From Chrysomallon squamiferum (Eukaryota > Animalia > Mollusca): a stretch of 64,000 nucleotides of DNA. The position numbers and the translations under genes are program-made. Position 1 is the first letter of the stretch. Every line of letters begins with the position of its first letter. Shown here one piece after another: positions 45,080 through 60,088 of the stretch. The notes beneath the pieces are model-generated. The model ran no database searches. It worked only from the letters and a program-made list of their open reading frames with translations, and had not been told where the DNA came from. The DNA lies in the NCBI GenBank assembly GCA_012295275.1, contig CM022678.1:7192001-7256000 (forward strand). Direction: 5' to 3'.

Positions 45080-45446
45080 ATGTCGTTGAAACTAATAATT
45101 TTATTTTTCGCTGCCGTGCTCCTTACAACTCAGGCGGCTTCTTTAGCGGAAAATTCTGGAAAGAGTGACGTCACAGACGAGATACAAGACGCAGACGACA
45201 GTGATTATGATTTCGACATGAGAGATGTAACAGAGGATGATCTTCGCGAATTAATCCATTACGTGCAGGACAATCTAAAGAGAGCTGTTGGTAAGTTGAA
45301 GAAAAAAAAAGAAAGAATAAGATTTTTAGTTACCAAGTGTTAGTAGTTTTATTTATTTTTGATCCGTCAAACTATTGTTTATAAATACTTGTATCTTTTT
45401 TCAACAAATTTTAATTGCAGCAAAATATAACTATATAATTTAATGA

Positions 45447-45511
<65 letters not shown>

Positions 45512-46059
45512 GGCATTTTAGATTTTAATTTCACAGAAATATCATAAAGAAAATAAACGTATATATATATATAAAGATTATATAAATATATATAAAAAAA
45601 GTAATTTATTAATTAAAGACAGTTTTTGATTTTTGATCAGGTATCTTAAAAGTTAGTAATTGTATTTATTTTTAATTCATCATATTGTTTATAAATACTG
45701 ATATCTTTTTTCAACAAAATTTATTTAAATATAAAGATTATATAAACAGTAATTAATTAAAGAGTTTTTGACTTTTTGATCAGATAGCTTAATATATGTT
45801 TTGTTTATGCGAGTTTAGTAAATCATATATGTGTCTTAAATTTAGAAAATAAACTTAATCATTTTATTCGCTAGAATATGACAAAGGCTAGGTAATAAAC
45901 ATCTCCAGCTTTACAATAAGACAGAAATGGGACACTTATATAAAGAGGAACGTCTTCCCGTGTCTTCCATCTATTGTTATCACAGCTAAATAAGCATTAT
46001 TTTGAACTTATGTATTTTTGTATTTATTTATTTATCATCATCATCATCTTTTTTATTAC

Positions 46060-46126
<67 letters not shown>

Positions 46127-46324
46127 TAAACAGATGACATGAACGGAGATCACATTCAACTTGTTGACAATGAAGGGAGTTTGGATAAGAGGTTTAACAA
46201 AAGGGGCTGGTCTGTTGGACTTGGTGGATTAAACTATCGACGGGGAAATTTCAGGTTTAACGCCAGACCAACATTCGGAAGAGGGGGTCTTGGCGCTAGA
46301 GCTTCATTCTCTTGGAGGTTTTAA
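45080..46324 (+). CDS. Secreted prepropeptide, copy 6 (clade A); exons 45080-45290 and 46134-46324; mature FNKRGWSVGLGGLNYRRGNFRFNARPTFGRGGLGARASFSWRF
   Basis: Same structure, TATAAATA at 44973, intact frame. Confidence 0.9.
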
Positions 46325-46443
46325 AATAAGCATCTATTTAAAACCCGTGAAGATGTTCAGAATGAAATAAATGACGTAGAAGATAGAGATTATAGTTTGT
46401 TTTGGTCTTCTTCATAATTAAAGTATAATCATCACCATCATCA

Positions 46444-46478
<35 letters not shown>

Positions 46479-47444
46479 ATTACTGTTACTGTTAATGTTA
46501 GTACTAAGGCACCACCATGACTACAACTACCACTAATAATACTGTTACAACTCTACCACAAATATTACAACTACCACCACCACTGCTACTAGTATTAATT
46601 CTTGTATATGTATGTATGTACGGTACGTTCTTTGTTGTTTACGCGTATATACGTTTGTATGCAAAACTTTTTCTGAAAATTACGTACTCACGTACATTAC
46701 AGCAATTTTTCTTTGATCTTTCTTTTAGCTTTCTTTAGCAGTTTAAAAAGTTACCTCAAATGAATAACAATGCACACTCTGATTTAACCCTGTCCAGAAC
46801 AATACACATGTAGAGAAAAAGGGTGTCTTCTTTAGTAATATACGCTTTTATGGAGTAGGATACGCTGAGGTCATACTGTGAGGCAAATCAGAAATGGTTG
46901 TTATTTTTTTTTTTTTTTTTTAAATTAATGGTGGTCTTCCATGGAACAAGTCCATAAAAAATGAAATGTTGTCATTTATCTTCTTTTGCGAAGACCTCCA
47001 ACTTATCTCAAAATTGTATGCTCATTTTCTCATCGGTAATTAAAACGTAGTCTGAAGTTTTATTGATATTTTTTAAAACAGATGAATGGACCATGATGAT
47101 GATGATGATGATGATTGGACTGGTAAATGAAAAACAATAACAACAATGTTAATGATTCCATGATGATGATGATAATAATGATTCATAATGCTGATGATAA
47201 TGATGATGACGATAATGACAATAAATGAAAATAAATGATGATATTGATGATTATAATGATGATAATAATAATGGTAATTCTGATGATAATAATAATGGTA
47301 ATTCTGATGATGTAATAAAATATTATTACTAGCAGTACTTCTTTGATTCAATACTGGTAATAAAACAAAATGGATATAAACTGCAAACTAAAACTAGGTG
47401 GAAGCTCTTCCATTTCTATCACTGTTTTTTTTTTTTTTTTTTTA

Positions 47445-47506
<62 letters not shown>

Positions 47507-47858
47507 CATTTAGTTATTGTTATTATTCGTTTCATACTACGTTTTCAAACCGAGGTTTTGACGCCTCTTTCACTGAAATCCGGGATGTGTCACTGCATGG
47601 CATATTGTTGAATAACAAAAGGTACTGAAACATCAACACTCTCCCAGTAAATGAGATACAGAACAACTTCTCACCTCTTTTAAGAATGTAATTAACTTAT
47701 AGACAATATCATCTGTGAAATAATGGTATCAGCTCGTTCGACGAACAAAGGTATAAATGTACCCACCCTCTTTTTATCCTTCATATTCACAGAGAGCAGA
47801 TCATAGACAATATAATAGTAGAAGTGAATACAGCTTAAAATACACAGCGAGCATAATC

Positions 47859-48246
47859 ATGTCATTGAAACTAATAATTTTATTTTTCGCTGCGGTGCTC
47901 CTTACAGTTCAGGCGGCTTCTTTAGCGGAAAATTCTGAAAAGAGTGACGTCACAGACGAGATACAAGACGCAGACGACAGTGATTATGATTTCGACATGA
48001 GAGATGTAACAGAGGATGATCTTCGCGAGTTAATCCATTATGTGCAAGACAATCTAAAGAGAGCTGTTGGTAAGTTAAAGAAAGAAAATTGAAAAAACTA
48101 CAACAATAAGATTTTTAGTTACCAAAAGTTAGTAATTGTATTTATTTTTAAACCATTATAGAGGCGTCAAACTATTGTTTATAAATACTGATATCATTTT
48201 TCAACTAAATATAATTGCAGCAAAATATAAATATATAATTTAATGA

Positions 48247-48292
<46 letters not shown>

Positions 48293-49233
48293 GTAGTAAT
48301 AATAATAATAATTTGCATTTTAGATTTTAATTTCACAGAAATATAAAGAAAATAAACTTCTAATTTCCTTTGTAGTTTACTAATGACTTCAAGTAATTTT
48401 TTAAAATATTATATATATATTGGAAAAAAATTCACACATACACATAAACTATAGTTCTAAAAGCATTCTTAACTTCCAAATTATTATTAAAACAGTTCAA
48501 AATGGATTAGAAAAATGTAAAAACTTACGAATATCTGATAGACATAGATTTTAGGATTAAGATATAGTCTAAACTCCGCGGGCTAAGATTGTGAAAGAAT
48601 GGTGTTAACCTACTATGTCTCGCAGTATATATATATATAAAGAGTTTTGATTTTTGATCAAGTATTTTAATATATGTGTTGTTTATGCGAGTTTAGTAAA
48701 TCATATATGTATTAATTATAGAAAGTAAAGAAATTCGTTTTAGTCGCTAGAATATGACGTAGGCTACCTAATAAATATCTCCGACTTTACATTAATACAG
48801 AAATGGGACAATGATATAAAGGGGAACGTCTTCCAGTGTCTTCCATCTATTGTTATCACAGCTAAATAAGCATTATTTTTAACTTATTTATTTATTTATC
48901 ATCATCATCATCGTTATTATTACCGTTATTATTACTATTATTATTATTATTATTATTATAAAAGCAAAGCTCAGTTCATCCTTTTTCCTTTATATTCTTC
49001 TTCTTCTTCTTCTTCTTCTTCTTATTATTATTATTTAAACAGATGACATGAACGGAGATCAGATTGAACTTGTTGACAATGAAGGGAATTTGGAGAAGAG
49101 AGTGAACCCTGGGCACTGGTCTGTGGGACTTGGTGGATTAAACTATCGACGGGGAAATTTCAGGTTTAACGCCAAACCAACATTCCGAGGAGGGAGTCTT
49201 GGCGCCAGCGTTTCATTCTCATGGAGGTTTTAA
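47859..49233 (+). CDS. Secreted prepropeptide, copy 7 (clade A); exons 47859-48069 and 49043-49233; mature VNPGHWSVGLGGLNYRRGNFRFNAKPTFRGGSLGASVSFSWRF
   Basis: Same structure, TATAAAT at 47752. The true start is the homologous ATG at 47859; the upstream ATG at 47757 overlaps the TATA box. Confidence 0.9.
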
Positions 49234-49363
49234 AATAAGCACCTGTTTAAAACCCGTGAAGATGTTCAGAATGAAATAAATGACGTAGAAGATAGAGATT
49301 ATAATTTGTTTTGGTCTTGTTTATAATTAAAGTATCATAATCATTATCATTATTATTATTATA

Positions 49364-49407
<44 letters not shown>

Positions 49408-49683
49408 TACTATTACTGTTAGTACTAATGAACTACCATGAATACAACTACCACTACTAATACTGCTACTAGTATTGATTCTTATGTATGTATATTTGTA
49501 TGTATACATTTGCTGTAAATTGCGTACATTATTTTACATTATTACTCTCTTTTAGCTTTATTTAATGGCGTAAAAGTTACTTGAATATTATAAACTAATG
49601 AATTTTACCGTGAAACTAACAGGCCCCTACACGAATTTAGTTTGTATTGTTTCAAAACTTTAATCAAAATCAGAGATGTAGTG

Positions 49684-49719
<36 letters not shown>

Positions 49720-50052
49720 TTATTATTATTATTATTATTATTATTTAATTTTAGTTAATTAATTAATGAATTTGTTTAAAAATAACAATGGTTACCCTCA
49801 TTGTTTTCCTGTTTGCGGTGGTCTCCATAACAGTACCCGCTGTTACGAAGTTCATTTAAAATATTTGTATTACTAACGGCAACTTTTGCTTTTGACGAAA
49901 TACTCTCATTTAAAATAGTAAATTTAAATTTAAAATCAAACATACAATATAAGGAAGTCCATATCAAAATACATGAATATTACGTCAGAGTACGCCGTGA
50001 AATAAAATACATCACAGAACGCATAAATAAAATACATACGTCACAGTAAATA

Positions 50053-50809
50053 CAGTGGTACCTCGACTTACGAGTTTAATTCGTTCCGTGGCCGAGCTCA
50101 TAACTCAATTTTCTCATATATCAAATCAAATTTCCCAACTTAAATTAATTGAAACACCATTAATCCGTTTCAGCCCCAAAACCAAACCAATTTTTTTTTT
50201 AGTAACGTTTTTTTAAATAAGAAAAATGTATTTCTCAATGAGAAATATTGTAAAGAAATCAACAATACAAAAAAGAATGTAAAAAATAAATTGGTTTTGT
50301 AAAGTGTATTCATCTTGGAGATAGACAAATTATTTTAACGCCTTTGGCTGGAGTTACAGCCTTTATCGGCCCCTTCTGTTTCAGTATGGTAGTACTACGC
50401 TCTAGACAATTCGACTGCATGCAGACCTCACTCATGTTTTTCTATGAATTCAAGCTTTAATTCAATGGACATCATCCACTTCTTCTTCTCATCACTGTCC
50501 TTTGCATTCACTTTCTTTCGATCCATGGTCAGAAAAAAAGAATTTGGCAAAAACGCGAACACAACACAACAGAGACGCTTCGACAGCCAGATAACCACGT
50601 GAATTAAACGAGTTAGACGCGGGATGCTGGCCGGAAGTTGTGTTGTTCGTTGCGCCAAATAGCGGCGGCATACCTGAAGCTCGCTCGTAACTCGGATTTT
50701 TGCTCGCAACTCAAAGCAAAAACTCGCCCAAGCGACTGCTTGTAACGCGAAAAAAAACTCGTAAGTTGGGCACTCGTAAGTCGAGCACTCGTAAGTCGAG
50801 GTATCACTG
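50053..50809 (-). mobile_element. Non-autonomous, internally deleted Tigger/pogo-family DNA transposon (~757 bp)
   Basis: Terminal inverted repeats CAGTGGTACCTCGACTTACGAGT (50053-50075) and ACTCGTAAGTCGAGGTATCACTG (50787-50809), flanked by TA on both sides. Minus-strand relic MDRKKVNAKDSDEKKKWMMSIELKLEFIEKHE* followed in another frame by TILKQKGPIKAVTPAKGVKII resembles the CENP-B/TIGD1-type N-terminal HTH. Confidence 0.88.
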
Positions 50810-50811
50810 TA

Positions 50812-51120
50812 CGTCAGGTATAAAATACATGCGCCAGAGTACGCCTTGTACTGTAAAGCACATACCTCAAAGTACGCCATGTTAAATAAAGGAAACGTCA
50901 GAAGATGCCACGTTAAATAAAAAGCATAGATCAGAGTACGTCTCGACAAAAAAATACGCCAGAGAACGCCATGTTAAATAAAATACATACGTCAGAGTAC
51001 GCCATGTTAAATAAAATACATACGTCAGAATACGCCATGTTAAATAAAATACATACGTCAGAATACGCCATGTTAAATAAAATACATACGTCAGAATACG
51101 CCATGTTAAATAAAATACGC
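50812..51120. repeat. 33-bp minisatellite; degenerate copies at ~27190-27450, 30540-30800, 34650-34970, 38890-39200, 43120-43480 and 49975-50050
   Basis: Unit GTCAGA(G/A)TACGCCATGTTAAATAAAATACATAC, near-perfect from 50960 to 51120. Confidence 0.88.
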
Positions 51121-51490
51121 GATTTCAGTAAGTGCAACGACGATGGATGATCCTACGATCGTCTGCTCTTCATAGCACTTACCACGCAGACAAAGACAGC
51201 TCGTTGCTTTGGGTTATTTCTTTCAAAGAAGACCTGTAAGGAAATCAGGGGTAACGCGAAATTATTAGAAGCAGAGAAATGTTTATAAGAAAATATATCC
51301 AGTGGTTTTGATACACCAACTGGCTAATACCAGTCCTGTGAATCGATCCTTCTACCAGTTTCGTTTCATGACTAATAAAACCATTCGTTATTTCCACTAA
51401 TCGCGTTTAATGTTTTTATTTCCATATGGTCTATATAAAGATGATGAGTATATCGTGACAACATTAATTATGTGTGTGTGTGTTTATTTT

Positions 51491-51533
<43 letters not shown>

Positions 51534-51701
51534 GCCAACTGTTTCGCATGATGCAACACAAAATAATCCGGTTTCAAAATTAAATTCGTACCTTTCTGTA
51601 TGCACAGATGCATTTTTAATTATAACCTGTGAAATTTCATCAACGTGCACAATATAAAAACGTCATTGATACGCTAAGGTAGTTATCATATTACGTATAC
51701 A

Positions 51702-51938
51702 ATGCTGGCGAAATTAACAGTGTTCCTTTTCGCTGCGTTCTTGGTCGTCGCTCGTGCCGCCAAATATGACGATGATGATGTCGTAGAAAAGACGAAAAGA
51801 GCAGACGATGACTTCGATGTGAAGGACCTGTCTGAGAAGGATTTGCAAGAAATTATTGAAAATGTTCAGTCAAACCTTAAAAGAACTGTTGGTGAAAATA
51901 ATATCTTTAGTGAAAATGGGAATATTGCATTAAGGGTG

Positions 51939-52000
<62 letters not shown>

Positions 52001-53291
52001 CTAAAAATGGTAAGTTCGGTGTTTGAATGGTAACCGCGTAATTTCGTTGACGCATGCGCTTTAACCAATTTATGCGTTATTCAACAATGCAACAACATTT
52101 CTAGTGGGCATTGGGTGAAATGGGCGTGCTTGCGGGGGCTGGGTGTAGGTGTATTTATATGTGTGGGTGTGTGGATTCAAAATAAATAAATAAATAAATA
52201 AATAGTTGTTTTGTAGACATTAACTACTTTTTACTTTGTTTCATTTTAAACTACGTTTTGCTTCATTTTAGAATGAAGCGCTACTTATAGTTTCACAAGA
52301 AGAAGGGGACTGTGTGTTATTGTTCATAGAAACAATGGAATCGAGTAATAAAATCTGACAGCAATGACCACAGATGGTTAATTTTCCATTATCGATGTCA
52401 AACACTTGATACTTCAAATTGTAACTATAATATTTTCATTCCCAGGAAAGGATTTTTTTTTCTCTCTCTCTCTCTTTCTTTTTCTTTTGTTTTATTTTCT
52501 AAGATCGCATAGCTCCTGGTTTACTGTTTGATACAGAAGCATACGAATTGGTTTCTTTATCAGTAAATGCATATATTTAGACCTTTCCATAAACACTTTA
52601 AGAGATACCGTCACGGAATAAACTTATTTTCGTTAGCGAACGGTGAAAACATATTTATGCCTTCCCGTGGAAAGATGTGTAACTGTACAGAGTTTTCATT
52701 CAGTCTATGTCCGTTATTATCACTGTTCTTACATTCGTGTCGTCCAGTCATATGAACGTAACCAAATTTGTAGTTAATGACAGAGAGTGATGTAAAGCGG
52801 TTGTAGGAGCTAGCTATGTGCTAACGTCAGTGAGGCAAAGATTACTAAGAAAGGGACATAACTGAGGTTTTTTAACGTGTCTCACAGTATGTTCATTTTC
52901 TCATCGCAATCTAAATCATATTTGAAATGTACGATGAGGATGATGATGGTTTAACAACAACAAGAACAACAACAATAATAATGATAATGATGATGATGAT
53001 GATAAAATAAACTATTTTCAATAACGCTAATTCCATTCCATCGTTAAAAAAAAAAAACTGGACATATGCTGAAAACGAAAAAAAAAAAGTAGGGAGAGCC
53101 ATTTCTCTGTACAACCTTCCACTGACAAAAACTGGGTTTTTTTTGTTTTGTTTTGTTTTTGTTGTTTTGTTCGCTTGTTTTTTTTTCTTGTTTTTTTGTT
53201 TTTTTTATGAATTATTATTTTTATTATTATTTTTTTTTTTTTTTATTATTAATTATTATTATTATTATTTATTTATTTTTTTTTATTTATT

Positions 53292-53356
<65 letters not shown>

Positions 53357-53549
53357 TTTTTCAGATGAATTAGGAAGCGATGACGTTGAACTTGTTGAAG
53401 ATGAAGACAGTCTCAGTAAACGACTGGTTCGACGTGGCTGGTTTTTCGGAGGTGGTGGCGTTCAGTGGACTAACAGAAGGGGAGATAAGCAGCTGACTAT
53501 TTCGCCAACGCGCGGTGGAGTTAAGGCTGGCTTTACGATCAAGTTCTAG
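51702..53549 (+). CDS. Secreted prepropeptide, copy 8 (divergent clade B); exons 51702-51891 and 53365-53549; 124 aa; mature LVRRGWFFGGGGVQWTNRRGDKQLTISPTRGGVKAGFTIKF
   Basis: Signal peptide, pro motif DVKDLSEKDLQEIIENVQSNLKR, same phase-1 intron. Exon 2 (absent from the ORF track) reads DELGSDDVELVEDEDSLSKR followed by the mature peptide and TAG. TATAAAA at 51653. Confidence 0.88.
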
Positions 53550-53760
53550 AATTTGTGTAATGCTTGCTGTAATTAACTGAAGTTTATAAATATGATAATT
53601 AAATGTTAATTCCTGCATTTTATTTTATTAGTTTTATTGTTAATGCGGCTGCTTTTACAAGGGGTTTGGAATAAACTAATACAATTCTCATATTTAAACA
53701 CGACAATATAACAAAACAGCAACAGTGACATCACCACCAAGAAGAAACGACAAGCACAAA

Positions 53761-53796
<36 letters not shown>

Positions 53797-54198
53797 AAAT
53801 GAACAAACGAACAAATAATCCCATGGACATACGAACATATTCTGCACTGTATTAATTCCCTATTAATCATTGCAAATGTGTCTGTCTGTGTCATTTATTG
53901 TTAATAGTTGCCCTGAAGACAACACACGTACTTAAAAGGAAATGACAAAATTTTAACAGTTATAAAACAACAGCTGTACAGACCCGAATTGTTTTCTCTC
54001 TCTCTGCTCGTAAAGTAATTTCTCATATATACTGATCAAATGTTACAATACCGCAAAGAACCATAATAAAAGATTTTAAAAACAGCAACAGAAAAAAAAA
54101 AGAAAAAAGAAAAAGACAACAACTATATTTAAACACAGTTTAATGATATAGGTTATAAAATAGACTGGTTTCTTCTTCTTCTTCTTCTTCTTATTATT

Positions 54199-54233
<35 letters not shown>

Positions 54234-54686
54234 TATTATTATTATTATTATTATACTATTGCACTTACTACTATTCCTACTACTATTACTACTCTACTAC
54301 TACTACTACTACTATTACTACTACTACTACTTTTATAAAATAAAATAAAACAAAATAAATAAATAAAATAAAAATAAACATTTTTATTCAATTCCTACGC
54401 GACAAAAATATACAGAGAAACCTCCCAGACTATGCAACCGATCATAAACGAATTACCTTATTTAATTTCCACATCCTGTTCCGGAAACACGTGACTCACA
54501 CTTTACCCGGACTTGTAGGTGCAATCTTAATTAACGATGTTATCACCTTTTCTAAATAAATTTCCAACACCTCTTTGTCAGCAAGTATATATATAGGACA
54601 TGAATTATTCATATTTACACATCTTCTGCAAGAAGCAAGAAAAAAAATCAAACTAAAACAGGCATAAAAAAAAAAAAAATAATAAA

Positions 54687-55933
<1,247 letters not shown>

Positions 55934-56078
55934 ACATCTTTTTAAAAATAACTCTCTTAGCCGAGTTAATTAAATAATTTCAAAAGTATCTGATGTCGTT
56001 CGTTTGTTTCTGCTGCATATTTGTTTGTTCGTTTATTTGTTTACTGCTACTACTACTGTTAGTATATTGCTACTACTG

Positions 56079-56120
<42 letters not shown>

Positions 56121-56470
56121 TTGCTGCTGCTGCTGCTGCTACTACTACTACTACTACTACTAATATTATTATTACTACTAGTGCTACTACTACAACAACG
56201 ATTACTACCAATACGACTACACCATCTACTACCACTGATATTGTTATTATTGTTAATGCTACTACCTCTACCATATTAATACAACTGCTGCTACTACTAT
56301 TTATTCTACTACTACTACAACTACAACAACAACAACATCTATTACTTCTACTATTATGTATTTATGAATCTTTGCGTAGACATGATTAACAGTATAAATC
56401 ATAAACAAGTATCATTGTGTTTTGAACAACAACAAAAACAACAATAACAACAACAACAATAAATAAAAAA

Positions 56471-56501
<31 letters not shown>

Positions 56502-56974
56502 AATAAAATAAAATATTTGCCTGTTTTCTTTAATCCAGTCCAAATGTCCTTTCGCTTAATATTGCAGAGGCATGACGTCAACAATACAATGACGTATAAT
56601 AATACATTTATGCTTGACGTAGGTCTGGGCAAAAAAACAAATTATAATAGCAACTTATAATGACATGCTGTATTTAAAGGACCGTTACTTAGTCCACTGG
56701 CAGAAGTATTCCACGAGAACCATAAGTACACAGGATCAAGCCTGGGTATTTCTGTTCAGTTATTTTTTTTCTTCTGGATTTGATAGATTATTAAACGCTG
56801 ATTTGGTTTACTCTTTCGTATATATATATATATATGGCACGGGACAATTATATATGTATGTAAGTATGGGTGTGCGTTTGTATGTACGTATGTGTGCAAT
56901 ATGCATGTACATACTCATACGACACAGTACGCACAGAGGACATTCAAGCATGTATATCAGGACTAACTATATTG

Positions 56975-57225
56975 TAAAGAAGAAATGAAATATTTTATTT
57001 TAAAGATGCTCTCAGCACATTGTACTGAAGTTAGATGTCTTGGGAGAAATAGTTAAGAACCATTAATATAATAAGAGAGGAAACCCGCTTGTGTGATGTA
57101 ATGACCTACTCTTTTAGATCAGCAGAGAGGAATATTTTATATTTACCATTCTACTAGCAGGATAGTATTCCCCGATACTTTTTTTTTATATCAGTTGAGG
57201 AGCATTGGCTAGAACGAGAAATAAT
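56975..57225. mobile_element. Degenerate SINE-like interspersed repeat (second copy ~60762-61005)
   Basis: AAGAAATGAAATATTTTATTTAAAGATGCTCTCAGCACATT..GAGAGGAAACCCGCT..TACTCTTT..CAGGATAG..GCATTGGCTAGAACGAGAAATA resembles, from memory only, an abundant gastropod tRNA-derived SINE. Not verified by search. Confidence 0.45.
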
Positions 57226-58420
57226 TTATTAATTTATTTACTTATTTATTTACTTATTTATTCATTTATTTATTTATTTTATTGTTTGTTTGTTGTTGCT
57301 TTTTGTTCTGTTTCCTTTTTTTATTATTTATTTTTATATATACTTATTTGATTGATTGTTCATTTATTTGTTTGTTTGTTTATTTATTTGTTTTTTTATT
57401 ATTTATTTATTTTTATTTTTTTATTTATTTCTTTGTTTATTTGTCATCATCACCAACATTATTATTGTTGTTGTTGTTGTTGTCGTCGCTGAATAAAATT
57501 CTGAAACACTCTCGTATCATACAACGTTAATAAAACATATTCTTACATAATAATTAAAATGTAAAAAAAAATATGTTCTCCTCCATCTTCATTAATGTAA
57601 GCTTTCTGAATAGAAAACAAATCTCAATAAAGACAAAGATTTTCAAAGAATTCCTTTCATGTTAATAAGACACTTGAAAACTGCTTACGTTTAGTTGCAT
57701 GTTCAAGAAAGAAGGAAAAAATATATTTTTGGACTGTTGCTGTACACTGTTAGTGTTAACTTGTTAGGAAGGTAATGCACAGATTATCAATACATATCCG
57801 AGTTGATACCTGGGCTGATTCGATCTCAGTATCTGTCATTCAAAAGTATGATGCTTAACCTTGACGATGACGTCAGAACCGGTAATTATTTTGTAGTGAC
57901 AGACTTCCCGTGCGATTTAACCTGCAAAGGGATTGTTCAAAATTTATGTTTTAAACAGCTTTGAAAATGGAGCGATAATTAAAACATTCTTAACATAAAA
58001 ACACATATTTATATGTAATATAATATTATTTATATGAAATATATTTGTGTGTACGTGTTAGTAAACTCACTGCAGACATAACAAGAAATTCAGCAATATA
58101 TATTTATATATCTTCAAACAGTGAAGATTTTCTCTTCAACAAAGCAGTTTTACATCAAAGTTTTTACAAGTGTGACTTGAGGCGAAAGATGCAAAAAACT
58201 TTAAATTGTTTTCCTTTTGTGTAAAATGTCGTTTTAAAAGAAACAAAATCGTGCCTTACCAGCACAAATTTAAATTCATCAACACTGAATAAATATTTAA
58301 AAATGTTAATTTAAAATCAGTTAATTAAATCGATGACTTGATATGCTTTGTGTATAAGGACCAACTCCCTTTTGTAATTCTTTACATCGGTCTATCTGTC
58401 TGTCTGTCCATCTATCTGCC

Positions 58421-58451
<31 letters not shown>

Positions 58452-58955
58452 CTACACTGACAATAAAAACTTTAAAAATGCTTCTGTCTTCAAAAGTCAT
58501 AGAACAGAAACAAGGAAAACTTCAATATTTCAATATGTCATGCGATTAACGAAAAATATGTTAATTAATTATTGAATTTCCGTTATTGTTTTTCTTCACT
58601 TTTTTATTTTTTGCTGCATTGTCAATCCTTTGACACACGATACACACAACTGACATCTATCAACAGTCAATAAAAACAATAAACCAACATGTCAACAATC
58701 GAGAAAACAATCATTAATAAAAAAAAAGATTTCAGTTATTTCTATTGGACAAATAAATTCCGGTTACGTGCCTTACATGGCATTACATACCCATTACGGA
58801 AGTGCATTAATTATTATCACTTTTCCTTCTTTGTGTTTTTTGTGATTACATTTGCCCATAAAGCGTGAAAATTAATTTACAACGAGGATGGTCATCTGTA
58901 TTTAAAATCGAAAATTTCTCTCGTTCGTTCCGTAAATCTTTCTGAGACCTCAGCA

Positions 58956-60088
<1,133 letters not shown>

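Noticed and set aside
47757-47858. N-terminally extended copy 7
   Set aside because: The upstream ATG overlaps the TATA box and would lie upstream of the expected transcription start.
50428-50949. 173-aa minus-strand ORF as a functional gene
   Set aside because: Chance read-through across the minisatellite and transposon TIR; only the last ~32 aa are a truncated transposase relic.
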